A DNA stretch of 52,449 nucleotides, from contig NC_069008.1 of NCBI RefSeq assembly GCF_001194135.2, forward strand, positions 10,027,660 to 10,080,108. The letters are read 5' to 3'. This DNA comes from Octopus bimaculoides. Taxonomy: Eukaryota. Within the stretch, counting starts at the first letter, position 1, and every line of letters begins with the position of its first letter. Position numbers and translations under genes: made by a program. This document shows positions 33,940-45,599 of the stretch, piece by piece. The notes beneath the pieces are model-generated. The model was given only the letters and a program-made list of their open reading frames with translations, did no database searches and was not told the origin of the DNA.

Positions 33940-36900
33940 TACATCTAGTGATGATGTCACAGTAAAAACACTGGTAACTGCAGGCTCAGAGATACTAGTC
34001 CAACTCTAGCCTGTCGTTATCCAGCAAGGGACCGCACACACAGCATAGATGGAATAAACAAATCAATGCTGCTGTCATGAAGTGTTATTACTTGAGCAAC
34101 CCTGTAGACAAAAATGGTGTTCATCTTAGGGGATACCGAAAATGTATGTATGATCAATGGAGAGAAAGAGGATTGTTTCAACTCACGGAACAGAGCTTAT
34201 GTGATCAAGCTAGAGCAATAAGAAAAGATCGTTGGTTCACAGAAGTAGAGCTCGAAACTATCAAAATACAGGTATTGGAAAACAGCAGCAGAGCAAACGA
34301 TGAAAATACAGTTCCTACTGATAAAAGTAATCTCATAGCAGAAAACAGAGGTGAGATCTCTAATAAACCACAGGAAAGGAACAGAGATAGTTTGCTTAAT
34401 GAGTGACATAGAGATGGTTTCGAAGAAGACAATAAAACTAATGGTGGCATGACAGATGGGCAAAAGGCAATCTGCAGCAGAATAAAGGCAAGACTACAGG
34501 AGAACGATAGTGACATTATTTGCAACCTTAAAAAGGGTGATCGGTGGAAATTGAACCAAGAAATTAAAAAATGTGAATGAAATTCTGAAATACATCAAAA
34601 CAAAAAACATCACAGAAACAAATAATTTGATCAAGGCAGAAGGTATTGTAGCATAAAATGTGGGTGTTGATGTCAAGAAAAGGAAATATAATGGGAGTAT
34701 CAAAAAAAAAAAGATCCATGGTGGAAAAGAAGAATACAGAACATTTCTGTGTTAGACCAAAAAGAAAAGGGGGAGCTTAAAAGCAAAGAAAAAAAAAGGG
34801 CACTGAACAAGAAGTGCAATATTGTTTCAGGAGGAACTGAAACAATGCTCATTGCAAAAATAGGAAAGATGGTAAGATACGGCCAAAGAATGAAGGGTTA
34901 CCAGCAGAATAGGTTATTCAGAGTAGATCAGAAGAAATTCTATAAAGAAATAAATGGAGAGTGTACAGATGAAAAGTTGATACCAGATAGCATTGAAAGT
35001 CAAAGGTTTTGGAGTGACATCTAGAGCAAAGACAAGGAGCACAAGAAGGATGCTGAATGGTTGCAAGAACTGAAACAAACAGTAGTCTGTCCAAAACAGG
35101 CAGGACATCTCCATTAAGGAAGTGAAGGAAATCAGCAAAAAAATGAGCAACTGGAAGACCCCCGGGACTAAATGGAGTTGAAGGCTACTGGATCAAAAGA
35201 TTTGGTGAATGTCATGCACAAATAGATGCGCAACTCAACACCTTGTTAAATGCTAACCAAGTAACATTAGAGTGGTTGACGATGGGTAAGACAGTGCTGT
35301 GCTTGAAAAACATCGAAAAAGGCAATATGGTAGACAATTACAGGTCGATATCCTGCTTGCCACTTATGTGGGAATTATTGACTGGAATACTTGCAGAGTC
35401 AATGTACGGACATCTGGAAAAAAATGGAGTCTTGCCACATGAGCAGAAGGATCACAAGTGTAAATGCAGAGGTACCAAAAATCAACTTCTGCTAGATAAA
35501 ACTGTATTTAGAGACTGCAAGAGAAGGAAAACTAACTTAGCCATGTCATGGATCGATTATCATAAGGTGTACAATATGATCCCACATTCTTGGATTATGG
35601 AATATATGAACCTATTTGGTATTGCATCAAATGTTGAGAGATTGCTTGGAAAAAGTATAGTGAAGTGGAGGATGAAACTGACAGCATATGGAAGAAGTTT
35701 AGGGACAAAAGAAATCAGGAGAGGCATCTTCCAAGGGGACTGCCTGTCCCCACTGATCTTTGTACTGTGCATGATACCACTAACACTGATTTTGAGGAAA
35801 GCAAAGGCTTGGTGTGTATTCGAAAGCTGCCAACAAAAAGTCAACCACTTGTTATTCATGGATGACCTCAAACTTTATGGTAAAGATGAATCCCAAGTCA
35901 GGTCTTTCGTTGATATGGTGTATACTTTCAGTGCTGATATCAGAATGGAGTTCAGACTGAAAAAGTGTAGTGTGTTAGTCTTGAAAAGAGGCAAAATCAA
36001 ATGTATGGACGGGCTAGCGATACTGCTGGGGGTGGTTATGAAGCAGATAGAAGAGACAGGCTATAAGTATTTGGGGATATTGGAAATGAATAAATTGATG
36101 GAGAAAGAAATGGCAGAAAAATTTAAGGTGGAATACTTGCACAGACTAAGACTGATCCTTAAGTCAAAATTAAACAGATGGAATATCAACACATGGGTGG
36201 TTTTACTCATTAGATATGGAGCAGGGGTAATCGCAAAGACAGTAGATGAACTAAACATCTTAGACAGAAAGACAAAGTTGCTGGCTAGATATGGGATGCT
36301 CCACCCAAAAAGTGACACAGACAGACTGTATGTACCAAGAAAAAGAGGGGGAAGATGACTGATTAGATGCAAACACTGCATTAGAGCAAAAGAAAACAAC
36401 ATAGCATGGTATGTAAAAAAGACCACAGAACCACTATTATTGGAAGAAGGTCAGGTTTGTGTAGGATGGAAGATTGCAAAGATAAAGTACTGTGCAAGCA
36501 CTTGTGAATGAAACTGAAAATAGGTGGATGAAAAAAAGAATGCATGGACAATTTCATAGAGATGTTGAAGATAAAACAAACAGAGAAAAAAGATGGCTGT
36601 GGATGACTAAAAGTGATTTAAAACTGGAAACAGAGTCTCTAATCTGTGCTGCCCAAGAGCAAGCACTAAGAACAAACTACATCAAATACAGAATTGACAA
36701 CACATCAGAAAGTGATAAGTGCAGAATCTGTGGACAAAATGGTGAAACCATATGGCATATTACCAGTCAATGTACGCCACTAACCCAGAAGGAATATAAG
36801 AGACATCATGACAATATAGCCAGGCTTGTCCATTGGACACTTTGCAACAAGTATGGACTTGACGGAGCAAAAGAGTGGTACGAACATAAACCCGAGGGAA

Positions 36901-37350
36901 TCATTGAAAATGATAATGCAAAGATCCTGTGAGATTTTATGATTCAGTGCGACCACGAGACACAGAATAGGAAGCCAGACATAGTATTAATTGAGAAAGA
37001 AAACAAACGATGCTGGGTCATAGATATAGCATGCCCAACTAACAACAAGGTATGTGATAAGGAAGAAAGAAAAGTCGATAGACATGGGAGGTTAAGCAGT
37101 TGTGGTCTCTGAAAAAGATGGTATTAGTATCAATAATTGTTGGAGCCCTGGGAACAGTGAGTAAAAGTTTTGAGAAGTACATGGAACAAACAGGGCTGCA
37201 ATAAGAGTGGAGCACTTGCAGAAAACAGCACTGCTTGGAACTGCTTGAATACTCCGGATGGTACTCAGAAAATAAGGGATGTTACCTTAGTTCACTGGTA
37301 CTGTAGTACATCTCCAGCATTAGAAGCTGTACAAAAACTATAAATAATAA
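33940..37350 (+). mobile_element. Near-full-length R4/Dong-like non-LTR retrotransposon (restriction-like endonuclease type), pseudogenised
   Basis: N-terminus VMKCYY..GYRK..EQSLCDQARAI; RT motifs GIFQGDCLSP and LFMDD (35855-35866); CCHC knuckle CRICG..ETIWHITSQC (36720-36773); KPD..IDIACP endonuclease; (TAA)n tail. Confidence 0.92.
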
Positions 37351-37357
37351 TGATAAT

Positions 37358-37645
37358 GATTTCAAATTTTGGCATAAGACCAACAAATTCAGAGGGGAAG
37401 GTAAGTCAATTACATCAACTCCAGTGTTCAACTATTACTTATTTTATTGACCGTGAAAAGATGAACGACAAAGTCAATCTCATTGAAAGATTATTACTTA
37501 TTATCATCCATCCTTACATTCTCAGTTCAAATTCCACTGAAGTCATCTTTGCGTTTCATCCTTTTGGGGTCAATAAAATAAGTACCAGTTGAGCACTCTA
37601 CCCCTCACCCAAAATTACAAGGCCTTGTGTCTACAGTAGAAAGGG
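37358..37645. mobile_element. Head-to-head pair of Deu/Nin-like SINE fragments (minus then plus)
   Basis: ttcaaattttggc..ttattttattgacc (minus), then gagttc-like B box, tttcatccttttggggtcaataaaataagtaccag..gttattatt (plus). Confidence 0.75.
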
Positions 37646-37664
37646 TTATTATTATTATTATTAA

Positions 37665-38035
37665 AGACGTCGCACAGTATACAATATCATGAGGTTATTG
37701 ATTGAAGATATTGTGTCTACTGAGTGTTTGTACTGTTTGTCAAGTTACAACAAGCACTTCAGACAGACAGTACTTTACGCAATATGTGTGCAGTTCTAAG
37801 CAATGTCATCTTTTGCAATACATCTAGATTGTAAGGTATCTCTAAGGTTTTCAGATGTTTTTTCAGATTGGGTGGTATTGATCCCAATGGTCCAATGACA
37901 ATAGGGATAAACTTTATGCTCGACTCTCGTAACAGCCACATCTTAGGGATCTCAATTCTCAAATCTCCATATTTATCAACTTTTTCTCTTTCTTTCATGA
38001 TGGTATGTTGATTTCCTGGCACTGCCTAATAATCG
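37665..38035 (-). mobile_element. 3' fragment of a second R4/Dong-like element, flanked by ATT repeats
   Basis: KEREKVDKYGDLRIEI..FIPIVIGPLGSIP..LQKMTLLRTAHILRKVL*, with (ATT)n on both sides. Confidence 0.85.
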
Positions 38036-38936
38036 ACGTCGATAATTAGGCACTCATTATTATTATTATCATCATCATCATCATCATCATCATTATTCTT
38101 TTATATATGCTATGGATTCTGTACTAAACAGGAGCTCTGAAAGAACTATTCTATGTAACCACAAGAGCTTTTATATTTTCAGATAGTGAAAGTCTGTATC
38201 ACATCCCATACCCTTACCAAGAACAATCCTACTAAACAAACACTGGGATTCTACCTTTTTTTAACACATATTGTTTCCGCCTTACCTAATTTCATAGCCC
38301 TCACATCTAGCCTTACAACAAATCACTTTTAATCTTATCATTTGTTTTACCTTCTTCATTATTGTTATTATCATCTCTTGTCTACCTTGTGCCTTGTCTA
38401 TGCTGTATTGATTTTTAACACTGTATGCTAACTATCCATTCTGTACACTCTCCTCTGACCATTGCTCTTGATATTGATTATAGCTTATTGACTATAAGTT
38501 ATCACTCACTAATCAATGACTCATACATTACTCTGCTAATTTATTTTTCTCATTCCTCCTACTTTATTTTTCTCATTCCTCCTACTTTATCTCACTTTGT
38601 CTTATTACTACACTCACCTTACTCATGGTGTTTTTTTTTATCTCTCCACTCTATAATTTCTATTGTCTGTTACAACATCAGGTTTTTTTATATACCCCAT
38701 CCTACTTCACAGCATTAGGATTTTCTTCTATATCTGCTCTCTTGACATTATGCCCATGCTCCTATTTTCTAGAATCCAAATCTTTCAATCATTTCTACCA
38801 ATAAGAATCTTGATGTCCCCAGCAACAACAAATATCACCCTATTTTCATGAGTCAGGTGTGATTTTAGGGCAAATTGGTTGCTATTTCTGTATGATCTAG
38901 CCACCATATAGAGATCTATATGTATAAATAAATGTA

Positions 38937-38990
<54 letters not shown>

Positions 38991-41189
38991 TGTATGTGTT
39001 ACATGTGTGTGTGAATTNNNNNNNNNNNNNNNNNNNNNNNNNNNNNNNNNNNNNNNNNNNNNNNNNNNNNNNNNNNNNTATATATATATATATCATAAGG
39101 TTTTTAAACTTTTAAATTTTCATATTCAAAAGAGACAGAGACTTCAAATTCGATATATCGATTTATTCACCACTCTATGTTAACATTTCTGTGCCAAACT
39201 TATCCAGTGACTGGTCCATTGGATTTAGACGTTTGGCACTTCTCCAGGAGTGGTTACCTTTCGAACAAAACACGAAAAAACACATACATAACTGTTATTA
39301 GGTCCTTAGGACATCGTTAGGTTTCGTCTTTGTTATTATAGGGGAGATAACTCCTTAATTTTCTATTTTTATTGCTCTCCTGTGGATTTCCACTAGATTA
39401 ATTAATTATTTTGTTTATTTCTCTTTACTATACTATATTACCCGTATACATATGCATACATACCCTTTACCCGTATACCTATCCATATATACATACACAC
39501 ACATATACATATGTATACACATATACGTACACGTATATTGGTAACGGTTGCTACATCCTCTGGGAAAAAAATTATTATAATATATATATATATATATATA
39601 TCTACTATATAAATGCAGGTTATGTATGTGTGTTTTGCCCAAAAAGGCTCTGAAACAGTGTGTCCTTGAGAAAAATGAATTTGATTTTCAAAATCTGTGT
39701 CCCAAAGACAATATCGTATTTAAATAATAAGAAAAAATAGATAATTTGAGAAATAAATCAAATTTTATACAGCAACTCTCTCACTCTTTATGTGTCACTA
39801 TTGATCTATCTCTCACTGTTATTTACCACACACCTTATCACTCTTTCTTTGTGTGTATGTATTATAACTTACACATTGCCTTCATTTTGTTTAAAACATT
39901 GTCTTCCAATGTTTACTTGCATTTTATCACAGCCATCCCATACAAATCCTGTTTTCTGAATGGGTAAAAAAATGGTCAAGCTTTAAACTTCTATAACATT
40001 TTTAAAAACATTTTCTGGCATAAATGAATCACAAACTCAAATTCAGGGTGAAAAAGTACATCGATATACCAAATTTGAAAAATTTTCACTTAATTTTAAA
40101 ATTTCAACATCTGTGACAGCAACTGAGATTTCTATTTGTCTATCACTTTCATTATTCACTTTCCTCATGGTAAACTTCCCCCTCTCTATACATTTTTATC
40201 ATACTCTCACTCACTCTCTTTCTATATATATAGCTCACTCTCAGAGTGATTTTAAAAAGGTATGTAAAAGGTAATTAATTTTCATAGCAAACTTTTCTGT
40301 TAGTAAATATGTTTTTTTTTCTTATACACACACCCACACACACACATGGACTTGCTTGGGGTAGGGTGGGGGGATCAAAAATTTAAATTACAAGATTTTT
40401 TTGTTGTTGCTTAAATCCCAGCAATGGACCACTGCATCATCATTCCATAAAATGAGCTCATGGGAGAAAAATTTTAAAACACCACATTATATGTGGCAAA
40501 GAAACAAAGATATCAGGTGGTTGTTGGATGTGCTAGAAACAACAGCTAAATCTCCCTTAAATCACACACCTTTTCTCCTAAAAATTATTTTGAAATTATA
40601 AAGAGAAACAAATTGTAGATTCGAACTACCCATATTTTTAAAGCATAACTTTTCAAATTTTGAGAAAAGACCAAAATTTTTTTGATTTATGGAAGGTGAG
40701 GNNNNNNNNNNNNNNNNNNNNNNNNNNNNNNNNNNNNNNNNNNNNNNNNNNNNNNNNNNNNNNNNNNNNNNNNNNNNNNNNNNNNNNNNNNNNNNNNNNN
40801 NNNNNNNNNNNNNNNNNNNNNNNNNNNNNNNNNNNNNNNNNNNNNNNNNNNNNNNNNNNNNNNNNNNNNNNNNNNNNNNNNNNNNNNNNNNNNNNNNNNN
40901 NNNNNNNNNNNNNNNNNNNNNNNNNNNNNNNNNNNNNNNNNNNNNNNNNNNNNNNNNNNNNNNNNNNNNNNNNNNNNNNNNNNNNNNNNNNNNNNNNNNN
41001 NNNNNNNNNNNNNNNNNNNNNNNNNNNNNNNNNNNNNNNNNNNNNNNNNNNNNNNNNNNNNNNNNNNNNNNNNNNNNNNNNNNNNNNNNNNNNNNNNNNN
41101 NNNNNNNNNNNNNNNNNNNNNNNNNNNNNNNNNNNNNNNNNNNNNNNNNNNNNNNNNNNNNNNNNNNNNNNNNNNNNNNNNNNNNNTAT

Positions 41190-41345
41190 ATATATAGTTC
41201 AAATTTACAAAAAACAAAAGATGAAGACATGCAAGGGAACAACAGGCAGGTGTATTAGTTCAATGCGTAAGAAGAATGGAGAAGTCTTTGACATTTTGAG
41301 CCTACACTTTTCAAAAGAAAGGGATGAGAGGGGAAAAAATGTGTA
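41190..41345 (-). mobile_element. PLE terminal repeat fragment with a degenerate hammerhead-like motif (41286-41321), ending at (TA)n
   Basis: Reverse complement: CTTT-CTTTTGAA-AAGT(gtag)GCTC-AAAAT-GT-C-AAAG; colinear with 20290-20420. Confidence 0.65.
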
Positions 41346-41811
41346 GAGATTAACAGCTCAATATGATGAAAATCATATATTTATATATATATAGATAGAT
41401 ATACAGCTTTGGCTGGCTTCAGGTATGTTCCCACTAGGTTCTTGGTATATTCTCCTATTGTTTTGAAATTATGTTTCATCTGATGATTATGGTTTTTTGC
41501 AATGAGGTAATGTACTCATTCTTCTGTTAAAAATGCGTAAGAAACAGCTGTAATAAACTGACCATTATCCTTCGTATGTTACTATTCACTTGCTTATATA
41601 CATATATATACATATATATATGATCCAATGAAACAGATCACTATATGGTGGCTAGAGCTTACAAAAATAGCAACCAATTTGCTCTAAAACAAGTCAGAGC
41701 ATAAAGATAGAAGAAATACCTCAAAGTATTTTGTCCGGCATGCTAAAGATTCTACTGGCTCGCCACTCTGACACAACTAAATATTGCAAAATAGTTTGTC
41801 TAACTCTTGAC

Positions 41812-42740
41812 TCATCATCATCATTTAATGTATATGTTCCATGCTGGCAAGGGTCGGATGGTTTGACAGGATTCAATGACTGCATCAAACCTCAGAGTCT
41901 ACTTTGGCATGGTTTCTATGGCTGGATGCCCTTCCTAACTCCAACCATTTAACAGCATGTATTGGATGCTTCTTCCATGTCACCAACACCAGTGACATTA
42001 TACAGCTTGTAAGGCTAACCCAGACAGGGAAGCTTTACATTAGGAGATGAGGGATAAAAGTATAAAAAAAGGAGTAGAGCAGAACAGGTTTCTTGAGAAC
42101 AGGTTTCTTGCAGTAGAAGTACTCACATTTTAGAAGAGAGTGGGGTAGTGATTGGGTGGAGCTGTAGAGATAAAAAAGGTTGGTGATGAGGTATTAGAGT
42201 GGACCCTATGAGGTGCATAAGACAGGGGGACCAGGATAGTATGTGGGTAGAGGTTACCAGAGGGTATGGGGAATGAGTGAGGGAATGGGAGGTAGGCAAC
42301 CATAATGATTAAGGTTCAAGGGCAGATGTAGGTGAACGGTGGATGACCAATGTTGTGGGGGATAAGGGAGGTGGGGGTAGGGAGTAGCTGATGACCAACA
42401 GTGCAGGGCAGTAGCATAGTAATGATGATACAATAGACAAGTGAAGAACAAGATAACATGATGTTGGGTAGGTTGCAGCAGTGGGTAGAGGAAGAGAGGG
42501 GATAGGGGACAGGTGTAATGCATGAGGAGAGTAAGACATGTATGGTGGTGGACGAGGAGGGAAAGTTAATTTGGTCTCATTGGTAGGGATCAATGAAAGT
42601 GTAGGGATAGAGAACAGTATTTATGGATGAAGGATGGATGACCAGTGAAATGGTACTGGGTTGTCAGAAAAGTAGATTGAATAAAGAGATAAGTGATGGA
42701 GGTTTCTTTGTGAGGAAGGAAATTGGGTGAAGAGCCCTAT
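41812..42740 (-). mobile_element. Unclassified retroelement with an RTE-type 3' module and a long C-rich body
   Basis: (GAT)n tail at about 41812-41825, the aggaagggcatccagccatagaaacc domain, then about 700 bp of strongly G/A-skewed sequence on the + strand. Confidence 0.5.
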
Positions 42741-43822
42741 TGTACTTATATATACACATACTACAGTGCTTCCAGAACTCAGCGTGTATGAGTGTATATA
42801 GGTTTTTAACATTAAAGTTCAAGCAACAACAATATAGATATTTCATAACAATGTTATGTCACTTATGAGTTGATAGCACATAATGATGTTATTTCAGTTA
42901 ATTATGAACTAATAATGAACAGACACGAGAAGTAATGGTCTTCTGAATTAGATTGGTCCATTAGTGACACAGTAATTAAAAAGTATACTATACAAATTGT
43001 TAAATCTAATGTGGTAGAAATAAAAGAAATTGGCATTTTTTCACCAAATAAGCCAACTTCAAATTTAATTTTCTTCTCAACTTCTGTTTTTTAATATTAT
43101 AATGTAACTCTTTTGATATCAAAGTACCAGAGACTATGGTACAAACTTCCTGTTTTAAAGTGATTTGAATTAAAACTTCCTAATAAAATTTCATGTTAAT
43201 TTGTGTTCCAAATAATTGCCTAATAACGACAAAGTTATTTTGCTTAATTCTTTGTGTTGTGAAGGGTCATTTGTGTAACTGATGTTGGTGGAAAACAAAA
43301 AGTCTATCTAGGGCTGTGTGCTAAAATGATTAACAACACTCATGAACAATTAACAGAAGCTTATTTGCTACACAGTACTTTTGTGTTGGTTTTTTGGATG
43401 AGAAATAACAGTGAGAATTATACACTGGGATCTACGACAATTTAACTTGTATACATCAATCTGTGGCTGGAAAATAATTGCATTATATTCATGACAATAA
43501 AATCTGTCTTCTAAACTGCCATGAGAATGGAGATGTCAAGTGGGTGCCTCACATTCTGAAGCTACCCCCCCCCCTAAAAAAAAACACCTTTATACAGGAC
43601 TCAATGAGAAGGTTCTTGAAAGTCAAATCATGTGATAGTGCAACACTGATTGGTCAGTTAATTGGCCAATCACATGAAATGACTGGTTTAACTATAATGC
43701 TTACTTGGCTATCCAGCGATTTCAAATTTGCTACAATTGTTTTTAAAATTAATTAAAACAAAGGCAGTATATTTCAGTAGAAATATGATAATGAAAATTT
43801 TAAAGGAAAATTATAAAAAATA

Positions 43823-44122
43823 TGCATGGCAGTGTGGTTAAAAAAGCTTACTTCCCAACCACATGGTTCTAGGTTCAGTCTCACTGTGTGGTACCTTGGG
43901 CAAGTGTTTTTTACTATAGTGTAGGGCCAACCAAATCCTTGTGAGTGGATTTGGTTGACAGAAACTGCAAAAAACCTGTCATATATTTGTATGTATCTAT
44001 GTGCATATGTCTGTGTTTGTCACCCTATCACCACTTGACAACCGGAGTTGGTATGTTTACATCCCCATAACTTAGTTCAGCAAAAGAGACCAATAGAATA
44101 AGTACTAGTCTTAAAAATAAGT
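43823..44122 (+). mobile_element. Main tRNA-derived SINE, 3'-truncated
   Basis: Head (ggttctaggttcagtc), ccttgggcaagtgt, and body to gaataagtactag. Confidence 0.85.
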
Positions 44123-44124
44123 TG

Positions 44125-44990
44125 CTTGTAAAGACAAGAACACAGCATACACTGGAGAGACATCTTTCTAGATGTATTGTGGAGAGATTAAATGAACATT
44201 TGAGACAATATAAGGACAAAAAACGGTCCTCCATACTCTACCAACATGGAGGCACACTGGACCAACTCGACATTCCCATTTTATCTAAACACCCAAAGGA
44301 CCCATCACTCAGGCAAATACAGGAGTACGTCCCCATAAATGAAATATCCACTGTACTAAATAGGAAATACACATAGGAGGTAGGAAACCCCAATACCCAC
44401 AGAATATACATATATAGGTACATTTGCTAATAGGCTGATATGTAGGCAAATATACATATATATAGGTATTAGGTAAACAGATAGACACATAAGTAAGTAG
44501 ATAGATAGGTACATAGGTAATATAGATAGACAAGCACACACACACAAAAGGAGATAGAAGCACATGACACACACACATGCATACACACAAAACACACATG
44601 GAGACACAACCCATACATAACAGATGCATGTACATAGTCACACAAACCCATACACATAAGCACACTCAAACATGCACACCAGGAGACAGAGGTACACATA
44701 TAAATACACACACATACACACACACAAACACATGACTATGCAGAATACATAGATACACACATGCATGCATACATGCATATGTGCATACACAAGCACACAT
44801 GCACTCAAACAGACAAAAGAGAATGCAGCTCCAATAGCTGACAGAGTCAACATCCATTGATAAGGTTGCAAAAGCAGCAAAAATTTGGGAAGAAAAAATA
44901 TAAATAATGTGTTGAAATCGAACTGGTGAGTGTGTTGGATAATAAGGCATTAAGATAATATGTCTCTCCCCAGACACAACAAAAGATAGA
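44125..44990 (+). mobile_element. 3' end of a second PLE family: GIY-YIG C-terminal relic plus microsatellite-like 3' region with a weak hammerhead-like motif at 44853-44890
   Basis: YTGETS (frameshift) then ERLNEH..SILYQH..ILSKHPKDPSLRQIQE..LNRK; motif TCCA-TTGATAAG-GTTGC(aaaa)GCAGC-AAAAATT-T-GGGA. Confidence 0.6.
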
Positions 44991-45109
44991 TATATGTGTG
45001 TGTGTGTGTGTGTGTAAGAGTATATAGATATAGATATATTCTTTTATTGGCTTGAGCCAAAGGCTTGGGCCATGCTGGAACACCACCTTTCAGTGTGTTT
45101 TGGGTCTCC

Positions 45110-45390
45110 TTTCTGTTTTTGATGAAGAAACGATTTGGACGGAGCTGCTCTTTTTTTGAGCCTCCTGTCTAGATGTGAGTTCATCTGAGATTCCAGATAG
45201 AAATTTATCCAGATATTTTTTGAAAGTGTCCATATCTTCACCTCCCAAATCTCTTAGGTTCCTTGGTAGGATGTTAAACAGATGTGGTTCCCTGAAACCC
45301 AGACTGTGGCAGTACTGGGTCCTTATTCAAGATGGAGAAGACAAGATCTTTAGTATTATGTGGTGCCATCCATATAAACACATGCACACA
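45110..45390 (-). mobile_element. CR1-like LINE 3' fragment
   Basis: The minus frame gives HLFNILPRNLRDL..DTFKKYLDKFLSGISDE..RAAPS. Confidence 0.65.
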
Positions 45391-45560
45391 CTCACATATA
45401 AGCATAAGGCAAGTAAAGCTATAATTTGAGGGAGATTCGGTTGCTTCTCCTAAGATTAATCTCATTGGCTTACATGTGGTTGTATATTGAATAAAAAAAA
45501 TCAGGCAGCTAGGTAAAATTCAAGGCAGATTTCGCAACTATTTCTATTAGGCATCTTTGC

Positions 45561-45598
<38 letters not shown>

Positions 45599-45599
<1 letters not shown>

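Noticed and set aside
41480-41486. Other CTGATGA hits (also 42388-42394, and within RTE YADD codons near 7811 and 12758)
   Set aside because: There is no correctly placed stem II, GAAA and UH with a closing stem I.
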